DNA of 63,907 nucleotides, the filler included, from Octopus bimaculoides (taxonomy: Eukaryota), in assembly GCF_001194135.2 (NCBI RefSeq). It is 6 parts of 6 records of this genome, joined end to end, with 100 filler letters (N's around TTAATTAATTAA, not from the genome) between each part and the next. Parts side by side here need not be neighbours in the genome. Positions count along the whole stretch, not along the records: positions 40,922 to 50,896 come from NC_068986.1; positions 50,997 to 55,485 come from NC_069000.1; positions 55,586 to 62,678 come from NC_068995.1; 3 more parts are not named here. One strand, 5' to 3'. The notes under the pieces are model-generated. The model was not told where the DNA came from and searched no databases. It worked only from the letters and a program-made list of their open reading frames with translations. Position 1 is the stretch's first letter. The number at the start of each line of letters is the position of its first letter. Positions 48,201 through 61,309 of the stretch are shown one piece after another. The position numbers and the translations under genes were made by a program.

Positions 48201-49620
48201 TAAAATAATTGGGTTCTACTCAAGCTTCAGCAAGATTAAATAGACCAGATGAGTTCATTAAGGCAACTTAGGATGCTATCTTCAGAGACTAATGATAATA
48301 TATAAATGTCTCTGATGCAGACAGAGACATGTCAATGGTAATTGATTTTGAGAGGATTTAAGGCATCGGTATTCTGAGTGGTGTAGAATGGAAATTTGAG
48401 ACAGAGAGCCTCGAAGTTATTCATACTTGCATTCATTGCCGATTTTAAGTTGTGTGCATAATCTAAATATTAGAGATGGAGTATATATGTTAGAGAGAGG
48501 CAACTATGTCTCACAAGCAGATAATATGTATGATTTGTAGGATAGAAGGAAACACTGAATATAAAAAAGGATTCCATGAAACAAATTCTATGAATACAGA
48601 AACGACAAAGTAATGACAACAGACTTTAAAATATGATCACAGATCCGCTGGATTAGAGCCGATACTGACCACGAGAAGGGGAAAAACTACTGCCGCCAGC
48701 TCATCCTCCAACGGAACGTACGAAAAGCATACTTACTAAATATATATGATAGACAGATAATTTTTGCATTATAAAGTTAGCTGATAAGAGAAAATAAATA
48801 ATTTTTTTCAAACATCTAAAGAAATATAAGTAAAATGATAGCAAGTGTTTATTCAAAGCAAGGGAAAACCAGCATATTAAGACAATATTTATTCTGTCTC
48901 ACATTTCGGTAAGAATTCTTCATTGGTATATTTCTGTAGAGAGTGATGGAATTATATAATTTGTAAAAGATTCTGAAACGTCCTCGGTGAAGAATTGCAT
49001 AAAAGCACCACGAATAGGTAAATATAACGTAGCATATATATATATATATATATANNNNNNNNNNNNNNNNNNNNNNNNNNNNNNNNNNNNNNNNNNNNNN
49101 NNNNNNNNNNNNNNNNNNNNNNNNNNNNNNNNNNNNNNNNNNNNNNNNNNNNNNNNNNNNNNNNNNNNNNNNNNNNNNNNNNNNNNNNNNNNNNNNNNNN
49201 NNNNNNNNNNNNNNNNNNNNNNNNNNNNNNNNNNNNNNNNNNNNNNNNNNNNNNNNNNNNNNNNNNNNNNNNNNNNNNNNNNNNNNNNNNNNNNNNNNNN
49301 NNNNNNNNNNNNNNNNNNNNNNNNNNNNNNNNNNNNNNNNNNNNNNNNNNNNNNNNNNNNNNNNNNNNNNNNNNNNNNNNNNNNNNNNNNNNNNNNNNNN
49401 NNNNNNNNNNNNNNNNNNNNNNNNNNNNNNNNNNNNNNNNNNNNNNNNNNNNNNNNNNNNNNNNNNNNNNNNNNNNNNNNNNNNNNNNNNNNNNNNNNNN
49501 NNNNNNNNNNNNNNNNNNNNNNNNNNNNNNNNNNNNNNNNNNNNNNNNNNNNNNNNNNNNNNNNNNNNNNNNNNNNNNNNNNNNNNNNNNNNNNNNNNNN
49601 NNNNNNNNNNNNNTATATAC

Positions 49621-49700
<80 letters not shown>

Positions 49701-49913
49701 AATGTATAATATATATATATATATATATATATATGTATACATTTTATGTGTGTGTTTGTGTGCACAACTGATCTGTGTATGTTGACAATTACGTATAAAT
49801 GCATATGTACATTCATCCACAAACAGCTTAAAAACATACATATATACATACATGCACGCATATATTCATACGTACATACACACACACGCATGCACACTCA
49901 CACATACACAGAA

Positions 49914-49977
<64 letters not shown>

Positions 49978-50230
49978 GCCTAAATCAATACCACTTCTAC
50001 GAATTGCTTTGAAAATCGCACTATACAAACGACAACACAGGAAGGCATAGCAAAACACCGGCATGGCTGCACATATACTCCTATATAATAGTTTGTATGC
50101 TTACAAATATACGTCTGTATGCCTATGTATAGAGAGACAGACCGATAGATAGGCAGATAGATACATAGAGAGAGAGACAGATAGACAGACATGCAGATAT
50201 GTAGATAGGTAGGTAGATATATATATATAT

Positions 50231-50276
<46 letters not shown>

Positions 50277-50417
50277 GGATAGATAGATAGATAGACTGAT
50301 TGATTGATAGTTGCTTACATACAGATATAGATACATGCAAACATACATACATACATACATACATGCATACATAAATACACATATATATGAATATATATTG
50401 AAATGTGTGTGTGTATG

Positions 50418-50456
<39 letters not shown>

Positions 50457-50996
50457 TACATATATACATATATATATATACATATATAGATGGATATTTA
50501 TGTATATGAATACATATATGTATATGAATACACACACATGCATATATACAAATATGCATACATAGATAAATATATGCATACATACATACATGCATAGAAA
50601 TATATAGGTATATAAAATACGTACATACAAGTTACCACATCCATTTAAATGTACGTACGATTTACATGTATATATAACAGTACTGTTTATTCATAGTGAC
50701 ATTTTTTTTCTGCATTTCGTTCATTTCAACCTGACTCCAACCTTACAGACATTTGTTTCTTTCTTCCAAGAATATATGAAGATCTATAGAGACATATTTA
50801 AACATATTCACAGACATGCGTACGGACATACAATGTCATGTAAATAATTGCAAATTTATGAATACATACACAAATATGTACACGGTAATATGTATANNNN
50901 NNNNNNNNNNNNNNNNNNNNNNNNNNNNNNNNNNNNNNNNTTAATTAATTAANNNNNNNNNNNNNNNNNNNNNNNNNNNNNNNNNNNNNNNNNNNN

Positions 50997-51064
<68 letters not shown>

Positions 51065-51524
51065 CTTATTTATATAATACATACGCTCACAGACGTATAC
51101 TCTCATACACACACACATATAAGTTTACATGTGTATCTGTCTCTTTATGTGTTTCTACTTAAATATGTGCGTTTGTGTTTGTGTTTCTGTCTGTGCGTGC
51201 GGCAGATGGTCTTTAAATATAAGTTTATCCCTTTGATTTATCATTAGAAGTGGTTTAGTATATTTTTCAATTTTGTAACGAAATCTATCGTTTCTTCTCT
51301 AATTTTTCATTTCTTCATTTTTCATTTTTCTGTCTGGCTTTTTTCTCTCCTTCCTTCTCTCTTCCCCACTTTCTTCTTCACTTTCTTCTTCCACTTATTC
51401 ATTTATTTATTTTTCTGACTTTTCACTTATTCTCTTCTATAAACAGATTCAAGTGGAGCACAACCAACCACTCGTTTACAGTATTTCGTGTGGTCAGGTC
51501 AGGATTTACCGAAATTTGGGCGGA

Positions 51525-53520
51525 GAAATGGCTGTGTGGTTAAGAAGCTTGCTTTGCGGCCACGTAGTTCCGTGTTCAGTCCCATTGCATGGCAACTTTG
51601 GTTTTCTGCTACGAATTCGGACCGTCCAATGCCTCCTCCTGGAGTGTAACAGACGGAAACTTTGTGGAACTTCGTCGTACACGCACACGGGCGCACACAA
51701 CTATATATGTATATATAGATGTGTGTTATTTCTTTACTACCCACAAGGGGCTACACACAGAAGCAATAAACAAGGACAGACTAACGGATTAAGTCGATTA
51801 TATCGATCCCAGTGCATAAATGGTACTTAATTTATCGACCCCGAAAAGATGAAAGGCAAAGTCGACCTCGGAGGAATTTGAACTCAGAACGTAGCGGCAG
51901 ACGAAATACTGCTAAGCATTTCGCCCGGCGTGCTAACGTTTCTGCCAGCTCACCGCCTTAAATAGATGTATATATGTGTGTGTGTGTATGTGTGTGTGTG
52001 TGCGTGTGTGGTGTTGGGTATGTGTACATGTGTGTATGTGTGTATGCACGTGTGTATTCTACTGTGCTTGACAAGCAGTGTTGGTTTGTTTACGTCGCTA
52101 TGACTTAGTGATCCGGCAATAAGTATCCGATAAAGAAAACATTGAAATAAATGTATCAGGATCGAGTTGTTCTTGTAAATCAGGGCTTCTCAACCATTGT
52201 TTTTATTTACCTACGGACCCTTCTGATTCCTATTTTTCTCAAATGGACCCTCCTAACCATTCGACATTTAAAATAATCATGTCTTTATAATTAAGTATCA
52301 TTAGGAATTGTATTAAAAAAAGTGTTAAAATATTTTGTGCATTCGTTTCTACTCTAGACACAAGGCCCAACATTTTTGGGGAGGGGGAGGCCCAGTCGAT
52401 TAGATCGACACCAGTACATAACTGGTACTTAATTTATCGACCTCGGAAGGATGAAAGGCAAAGTCGATCTCGGCAGAATTTGAACAGGCGGTGAGCTGGC
52501 AGAAACGTTAGCACGCCAGGCGAAATGCTTTGTGGTATTTCGTCTGCAGCTACGTTCTGAGTTCAAACTCTGCCGAAGTCGACTTTACTTTTCATCCTTT
52601 CGGGGTCGATAAATTAAGTACCAGTTACGCACTGGGGTCGATGTAATCGACTTAATCCATTTGTCTGTCCTTGTTTGTCCCCTCTATGTTTAGCCCCTTG
52701 TCCCCTCTATGTTTAACCCCTTCTGGGTCTTATAACGGGTGACAGAGGAAGAGATTGTAGGACAATGATCATCGAAGAAGAAGAAGAGAGATGAGAAAAG
52801 ACAAGGGGACAAGAACGGACTTACTTACAAGCACGAACATTTACGCATACCTATGCATACTGATGCACACAGGTTAGAGAAAAGTGGAGAAAGTAAGATA
52901 GAAAGCCTAGGGTTGTAATAGTACAAAAGTAAGCTAATAGATTTATCTGTTTTTATGATGTTTAGGTCTACTAAGTTCCCGTGTGTACTCGTCCATCAAT
53001 CAAATCCATTCTTAGTGTTTACCGACAGACAAATTCACACAAACGGAAAGTCACACACACACTCTCACCTCCTCCATACACACATATGTACTAGGGCTCT
53101 ATATAAAATTCATTCATTCTTGTTTTTCATCCTCTCTTACTACTACTACTACTACTACTACTACAATTACGCACTGGGGTCGATGTAATCGACTTAATTC
53201 CTCTGTCTGTCCTTGTTTGTCCCCTCTATGTTCAGCCCCTTGTGGGCAATAAAGAAATTAGAATCGTTAGCACGCCGGACAAAATGCGTAGCGACATTTC
53301 ACCCGTCTTTACGTTCTGGGTCCAAATTTCGCCGAGGTCGACTTTGCTTCTCATTCTTTCAGGGTCGATAAATGAAGTACCAGTCAAGTACTGGCGTCGA
53401 TGAGAACGATGAACCCCCTCTCTACAAATTCCAGGCCTAGTGCCTATAGTAGAAAGGATTATTATTGTTATTACTATTAAATTTAGCCGAGGTCGACTTC
53501 GCCTTTCATTCTTTCAGACT
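51525..53520. mobile_element. SINE cluster: A 5' half (51525-51700 +), B (51735-51960 -, 52360-52483 -, 52487-52720 +, 53168-53460 +)
   Basis: Family cores recur. The youngest-looking B copies in the window are here. Confidence 0.8.
52181..52345 (+). mobile_element. Possible hAT-type MITE left end
   Basis: Starts CAGGGCTTCTCAACC (Charlie/Buster-like TIR). No right TIR was found; it is cut by a SINE. Confidence 0.35.
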
Positions 53521-53914
53521 GTCTGTCTGTCTGTTTATGTGCGTCACTGTGTTTGTGTTTACCCCTCTATCCCACCTCTGTTACTTCACGGATTCTTACC
53601 AGGGCACACTGACATATACTACATTCACTTAAGTAATTTATTACTATACTCCTGTGTAATCTATCAATCTACGTTACATAATATCTTCCTATAAAACCGA
53701 TGCTTTCAGATGAAGTAGTACATCCATTAAAGAAAAGACACTCAAAAACAATATATGTATATATATATATCTATACACACACATATGTATACGTGTATAT
53801 ATATATACATATAATTGTGTGTATATATATATATAATGCCTATACATGCATACATGCATACATATATATACACACGCACACATACACATGCACATAAACA
53901 CGCACACATACATA

Positions 53915-54640
53915 TATGATGGCTGTTCACTCGTGACCGGGGAAGACCATCACTGACCATTAAGAACACTGTGCACTCAGACAAAATTATACTTTACCCT
54001 TGTGGTTCCGCTAGCGACCATTAAGTCCAGTTCTTGAGAGAACTACTTGTCTGCAGATACTGCAGACCAAATTTCATCTATATACTAAACTGCCGGTCTG
54101 TTTTCGAACAGCTCACTTAAGTTCAGAATGTAAAATGTGTCTTTCTTGAAAAACACAAATACAAGCATTGCTTTCCCAACTGGTCTTCCATATTTCGCAT
54201 GCCTTAAATGAGGATTTTAAACAGTCTTTAAACCGTAGTGTTGGTTTCTGTTGGAGAACTTCTCGCAAACAATGTTCACCACATAGCGTCTGTTTAGGAA
54301 TCCTGATCACTCATCTGGTGTCCAGTTCAGTGTATTCGGTTCTTGTGCACCAACGCCTCAATGCCCAGGAAGTCAGCTCCTCTCAAGACCTCAATGTCGG
54401 GAGTTCGCAAGGACCAGCTAGCACTCAGGATGTGTCTCAGACATCTCTGATGGAAGCGTTAAAGGACCCTTACATGATGCCTGTAAAGGGTCCATGTCTC
54501 AGATGAGTAGAGAAGCGACGTCATCATACACGCATAGTACGCAGTAACTTTTGTTCGCATTGTGATGCCACATTAGGACTGGACACGAGACTCAAGGAGC
54601 CACGAAGGAATCAGTTACTCTCCAGTGCCTAATATATTAA
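53915..54640 (-). mobile_element. RTE-clade LINE 3' remnant
   Basis: [68 protein letters not shown]; SRTGL. Confidence 0.75.
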
Positions 54641-54771
54641 TAGATATAGTTCTCTGTAACTTAATGCAATGAAGTGGTCTTGATGATGCGATCTCATTAA
54701 GCATCAACTTGCACATATGACATCCAGTGCAGGGTTCCAAGCAACCATAACGGTAAGACGCACGCAGGAAC

Positions 54772-54802
<31 letters not shown>

Positions 54803-55289
54803 GGCACTCCGTCGGTTACGACGGACGGGGTTCCAGTTGATCCGATCAAAGGAACAGCCTGCTCATGAAATTAAAGTGCATGTGGCTGCGCTCTCCGCAG
54901 ACAAGTGTACTCTTAACGTAGTTCTCAGGGAGATTCAGTGTAACACACAGTGTGACAAGGCTGGCCCTTTGAAATACAGGTACTACTCATTTTTGCCAGC
55001 TGAGTTGACTGGAGCAACGTGAAAAAAAAGTGTTTTGCTCAAAGACACAACGCGCTGCCGAGAATTGAACTGACGACCTTGAAATCATGAGCCGAATACC
55101 TTAACCACTAAGCAACGCCCCTTCACACTGAATGAAAATAGACACGTGTTTATCGTAATTTCTCCTACATTACCTCTGTATTCCCTAATTAATAATACTA
55201 CTAAGTATAGTAGTTCTTTAACCACTATGCTGGAAGCAGTCTTGGTGATTATAATGTACGTAGAGTTGCCTCACCATCCACCGATTGAT

Positions 55290-55454
55290 GACCGGTGGTA
55301 GTGTGTTTACGTTCCCGTATCTTAGCAGCTCGGCAAAAGGGATGATAGAATAAGTACCTGGTTTAAAACAATGTAAGTACTGGGGTCGATACTTTTGACT
55401 AAAAATTCTTTAAGGCGATGTCCCAGCATGGCCGCAGTGTAATGATTGAAACAA

Positions 55455-55485
<31 letters not shown>

Positions 55486-55853
55486 NNNNNNNNNNNNNNN
55501 NNNNNNNNNNNNNNNNNNNNNNNNNNNNNTTAATTAATTAANNNNNNNNNNNNNNNNNNNNNNNNNNNNNNNNNNNNNNNNNNNNAAATATGATATATAT
55601 GACGAGTGTATTATATGAAATGTGGGTGTTAGATGTAGTTTTCTTTGATGCTTTATGATGTATGTCTTGTGGGTATGCATTGTATGTGATGCATGAGAAA
55701 GATGTGGTGCATTTCATGTGATTAGTGTATATACGAGAAGTAGGTGTTTTATATTTGTATTGTATGTTATACGATGAAGGAAATATAAGTGACGTACATG
55801 GATTATTTAGTGTGTTCGATGTCAATCAGTCACACTATCGAAAATCAAAATCT

Positions 55854-55913
<60 letters not shown>

Positions 55914-57950
55914 AAATAGCAGCAATAACAACTACTTCAAAAACAACAACGATAAGAATCCTTTTTACCATAGGCACAATGCCTGAAATTCATTGGGAGG
56001 ATGCTGTTCGGTTACATGAACCCCAGAGGGGAAGGACAAAGACTACTTCGGCGTCATTTAAACTGGGAACGTAAAGAGCCGGAAGAAATACCGCTAATCA
56101 CCTCATCCGACACGCTAACGACCTGACATGCAGCACAAGGACGTTTTAAAGGTATTTTGGTAAGAGTAAAGCTGATTACATCGTCTCCCGGTTTTCAAAT
56201 GGTAATTGTTTTATCGTCGATCTTGCAGTATTGTTAGTACGCCGGACAAAAAACTGTTAGCGGCATTTCATCCGTCTTCCAGTTCTGAGTTCTAATTCCG
56301 CCAAGTCGATTTTGTCTTTCATCCTTTTCGGCTCGATTAAAGAAGTGCCAGTTGAAAACTGGGCTCTAAGCAATACACATACCCCAACCCTGATATTATT
56401 TCTTCGGCTCCGGAGAAAATGAAAGGCAAATTCGAGCCGGATGCAATTTGAACTCAGAACGTAAAAATGAGAGCTGATACCGCAAATCATTTTGTCCGGC
56501 GAATTTCCGATTCCACCAATCACAAACTGCAATGTACACTTTAGAGAAAAAACAAAATGGGAAAAAAAATCTTTTGCTTTCCGTATTTTATTTTACTATG
56601 AGTGGGTGTAAAAGTGACTCTGAATAAATGCGTAGCGTTGCGCGTGCTCAGTTAAACATTGTTTGCATTATTTAACATTTTACGCTATTGTTGGGAAAGA
56701 AACACCGTTCATTATACGTGGGTAGCACAAAAGCAAAATTTTTATAAACAAATAAACAAATATTCACTCAATGGCATTTTAAGTTCTTTCTCAATGTAGA
56801 ATCGGATTATTTTCATAGAAATACGAATTGAAAAAGTTAGATAATAGTAAATGGCGTGCGATATAATGTCGGCGTATTTCTCGTGAAACTTTTCCATGTG
56901 TGACATGTTATATACAATATGGCGAGGATATGACGCAAATGTTCTCTCACTGGTAAATGATCAACCTCTATGCGATGAACCTATTTACAGTAGTTCAAAC
57001 GTGCTTCGCTCATGTTTGCATCCTTTCTTGTCTGTTCTCGTAATGAAGTGATGATGTATTGTCCAGTGGACATAGCTATCCAGCCAATTAGGCCTTTGTA
57101 AATATCTCCTGGCAACATGTGATAACAGTAATAATTACAGGCTCCCTGTCGCTTAAGACGACGACTGTTCCAGTGGATCCGATCAACGGAACAGCCTGCT
57201 CGTGAACTAAACGTGTAAGTGGCTGAGCACTCCACGGACACGAATAGCCTTAACGTAATTATCAAAGAGATTCATCGAGACACAGAATGTAACACGGCTG
57301 GCCTTTTGAATTACTGCTATTTTTTTTTTTTTGCTAGCTGAACGGAACAACGAGAAATAAAGTGTCTTGCTCAAGAATATAACACGCCGCGACGAATCGA
57401 ACCCACGACCTTACAATCGTGATTTGAATACCCTAACCACTGAGCCACGCGCCCTCACGCTACCACTGTTATAATACCATTATAACTACCCTTTCCTACC
57501 ACCGTCTGTATCATCTGTAATAATACCGTAATCAATGCTGCCACCACCATCACCATCTCCGACAGTACTTCTGGGACGTCAGTCATAATACCATTGTAAA
57601 CCGCCCGTAACAAATATGATAATCCCATCAACTGCCAACACCACTTCTAGGAGATCAGTGATAATCTATTGTAATAACACCCAAAACACATTCACTGCCA
57701 CTACCACCACTGCTACTCTCGCCGTTACAACAAGCACTATCAACAACACTGCACGTTTCCCGCCGATTACTGTGTAGAGTAACGACTTACTCTTCCAAAC
57801 TGAAAAACAATATTGATTTCAAACTGTGGCACAAATGCAGCTGTTTCGGCGAAAGGGGATAAGTCGATTACATCGGCTCAAGTGCCCAGCGGCTACTTAT
57901 TTTCATCGGTCCCGAAAGGATAAAAGACTAAGTTGACCTCGGCGTTGACA
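55290..57950. mobile_element. Scattered decayed SINEs: A 3' half 55290-55455 (+), B 55960-56130 (-), 56235-56395 (+), 56415-56520 (-), 57815-57950 (-)
   Basis: Partial alignments to the family cores. Confidence 0.6.
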
Positions 57951-58139
57951 AGCTGACAAGTGAGGAAGCAGATATACCCGTATGACGTGATTTCTAACTC
58001 TGGTGAATTGCATCTCAGTTCTCCACAGTGGCTCTTACTGCGCCCAGGGTTAAACATCACTCGCCTCGTTGCTTTCTGTGGCTAACTGAGACATTTTTGA
58101 CTATAGTTTCTAGCAATGCTGGTACTATTCTGTACCCTA

Positions 58140-58184
<45 letters not shown>

Positions 58185-58439
58185 TTTATTTCTCTGTGTA
58201 CTATGCATTTCCTAACGTTATTATATTTATTTTATCACCTGCCAGTTGCAGGTATATTTTATTTGTATTACAAATACATTTCTATCGCTATTAGGCATCC
58301 TCTTCTGTGTATGCGAAGTACACATATTCATTATTTCTTTCTAACTCTATCTGTCTATCTCAATCTTTAAATACATATGCTCGTGTACACACATACATAC
58401 ATGCACATATACACACACACACACACACATATGTATATA

Positions 58440-58487
<48 letters not shown>

Positions 58488-59204
58488 TATATTGCCTTTG
58501 CGTGTCTGTTTGTTTGTTTGTTTTGTGTGTGTGTGTGTCCGTATGCGTGTTTGGAAATACAATAGAACTAAATATGATGAGGCGATGTCAAACTCAAATG
58601 ATTTTGTAAGATATTTATATGACATATGGAAGGGAAAACAAAACTATATAAGTATATATAAAAAAAACACGAAAAAGGGTCAGGAAGGATGTTTCCAGTC
58701 TATAGGGCTTCGCTGTAGACGTGTACACTACAAAATGAGGCAGAAAAGGACTCGGGAACTCCATGGTATCTGTTTGATGTAAATTGTTAAGTAGATCCAT
58801 GGAAAGACAAACACAGGCGAAGAAGGTAATTATACAGTTAATACTCGGCAGCTGTTTCTGGAAAAGTGAGATTCTAACCGCAGATCTGAGCATTTTGTCA
58901 ACGCAAAAGGGAGTATGCAACTCATATGTGGGTGTTTGTGTGTTTTTGTGCGTGTGTGTAAGTTTGGGGATGTGTGAGGTGGAGGTGGGATGAGGATGTG
59001 GGGATGGGTTGGGGCGGATGTGAGTTGGCGTGGAGTTGTGGGGGTAGGGTTTGTGGGAGTGGGATGTGTGGTAAGTGAAGGTGGATGGATGGGGTATCAA
59101 AGCAAAGAGGTGTTTATGAGTGAAGATAGGACGTAGGTGTGAGATGAAGAGAGGAGAGGAGGGGGTTCATATGACGACAAGAAGGGAGTTGAACCCATAT
59201 GGTA

Positions 59205-59440
59205 CGAAGGAGCGAACAGATGTGCCACACTGTTTCACCTCTCTCACCGCACATTCTGCATATTCCACTCTCATTTGTTTTATCAATTCTGCCCTTCACA
59301 TAGTTTGCCGTCAAAGCTTGTTCTTCTGCCGAACATATAAATAAATGCTTCAGTTTCTATCTTCAGGCCACTCCACCGCATGCATCACCACCGGCCTTCT
59401 GCATCTATCTTGGAGCTCGTATCTTTTGGAAACTGACCCT
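59205..59440 (-). mobile_element. R4/Dong fragment (CCHC region), same type as 27393-28995
   Basis: WSGLKIETEAFI..AEEQALTANYVKGRIDKTNESGICRMCGERGETVWHI. Confidence 0.7.
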
Positions 59441-59574
59441 ATATTTTGCCCCCATTTCCATGCCAGTTGATTTTTCGTGTTTCTTTCTTAAATTTCTCTT
59501 TCCTAACACGAATATCAGTTTTCACGATGCCGGATTTCTACACATGTATTAGCAACGATTCCACAACAGTTTCA

Positions 59575-59609
59575 TTATTATTATCATCATTGTTATTATT
59601 ATTATTATT

Positions 59610-59649
<40 letters not shown>

Positions 59650-59655
59650 ACATCA

Positions 59656-59698
<43 letters not shown>

Positions 59699-59755
59699 TA
59701 TTATTATTACTATTACTACTATTATTATTACTCTTATTATTATTATTGCTACTGC

Positions 59756-59804
<49 letters not shown>

Positions 59805-60363
59805 CCACATCATGCTCATACTCTGATGACAGTAATATTTTCTTCACTACAGCGATGCTATTTATCTCTCGTAACACAATTTGATAATCGACTTTCCGAT
59901 AAACAAGAACATCTCATCCAAAGTCAATTGGAACTTATACGATTATGCTAACTCGTTTCTAAGGAGTCTGTTCCCATAGAACGAACATAAATCTGCGATA
60001 AGTGCCACGTTAATGGTGCCACTTCAGTGTAGAAGTACTGAGAATATGCGTGGATGTGTGGATGTGTGGATGTGTGTATGTGTGTATGTGTATGAGCGCG
60101 CGTGTGTTATGGTAGTGGGTGGTGTTGGTAGTGATTGTGGGAAGGAATATGTCTGTCAGTGGTAAGGCAATATGGTTGCGTTGGTAGAAGTGCTGTCGAA
60201 TGAGTGATGGGTTCTCATGAACTTATAGAAGATCCGTTAGCATTTGCTAGAACATGACGTTAATAAGGATGTTGCTGCCGATGCTACTGCTGCTGCTGCT
60301 GCTGCTGATGTTGATGATGGTGATGATGTTGCTGGTCTTGAGGAGAAAGGTCTATGATGCTGA

Positions 60364-60397
<34 letters not shown>

Positions 60398-60446
60398 GGT
60401 GGTAGTAGTGGTAGTGGTGATGGTGGTGGTGGCGATGGCGACGATG

Positions 60447-60484
<38 letters not shown>

Positions 60485-60720
60485 AGCAATGATGACGATG
60501 GTGATGGTGATGATGATGATGATGATGATCACGACGATGGTGATGATAATGAGGAGGAGGAGGCGGAGGACAACAACGACGACGACAACGCTGACGGTGC
60601 CCTTGATAGAGGCGATCATGATGATGATGATGATGATGATGACGACGACGACGACGAGGGAAAGAACAATGAAGAGGGTGGATCCCAATGAACATGTTCA
60701 TAAGGGGGATGACGACAACA
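59575..60720. repeat. Compound trinucleotide arrays (ATT/ATC/AGT at 59575-59805; GCT/GAT/GGT/GAC at 60285-60660)
   Basis: Seen directly. They explain the poly-L/V/D/H/M ORFs. Confidence 0.9.
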
Positions 60721-60801
60721 CAACGGCAACAGAGATTCCAGGGCGATTCTTACGTCGATAACTATCGCCATGTAGGGAGCGACGCTAATGTACATGCGAC
60801 A

Positions 60802-61120
60802 ACGTTGATGAAAATGTTGATGACGACGACGACGACGACGACGATGATGATGATGATGATGATGGCGACGACGACGACGACGACCAGGTCGACGCCTTCA
60901 ATTTCGTTGAGAATGAAATAAAGGCGGGTGCAAAAAAAACAAACAAGACTGAATATTTGTGAGTGTAAGAAACCGGGGGTTTCCTTCATTTCATCCTAAA
61001 CGGGATTGAAGGCATCGACCTGGCCGTGGTGGTGGTGGTGGTGGTGGTGGTCGTCGTCGTCGTCGTCGTCTTCGTCGTCACCATCATCATCATCGTCGTC
61101 GTCGTCATCGTTTTCATCAT
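60802..61120. repeat. Inverted repeat with unique 36-bp inner arms and (GAC/GAT)n versus (GTC/ATC)n outer arms
   Basis: CCAGGTCGACGCCTTCAATTTCGTTGAGAATGAAAT (60884-60919) versus ATTTCATCCTAAACGGGATTGAAGGCATCGACCTGG (60988-61023). Confidence 0.8.
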
Positions 61121-61309
61121 CAGCATGGTGAAAGCAGTGGGAAGTTGAAAGAGAAATAAAATTTACATTTCAAAGGGATAAACACAATCTAATTACAGCA
61201 AGATTGTGTTTAAAACACTTAAATACATGAGATGCTGTTCTGTGGTACTCCCATTCTATCTGGATACCTTTCTCTGCCCAATCATTCTCTCCTGTCTCTG
61301 GGTGTAGAC

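Noticed and set aside
54462-54493. Hairpin GGACCCTTACA/TGTAAAGGGTCC and ORF 54168-54506
   Set aside because: Both lie within the antisense RTE coding remnant ([11 protein letters not shown]), so they are incidental.
59853-59951. Good acceptor followed by a 32-codon open frame
   Set aside because: No convincing donor or recognisable peptide, and the length is within chance expectation.
60237-60761. Poly-D/H/M/V ORFs on both strands (also 59446-59826, 31558-32148)
   Set aside because: Trinucleotide repeat tracts open in several frames, with no domain or splice support.
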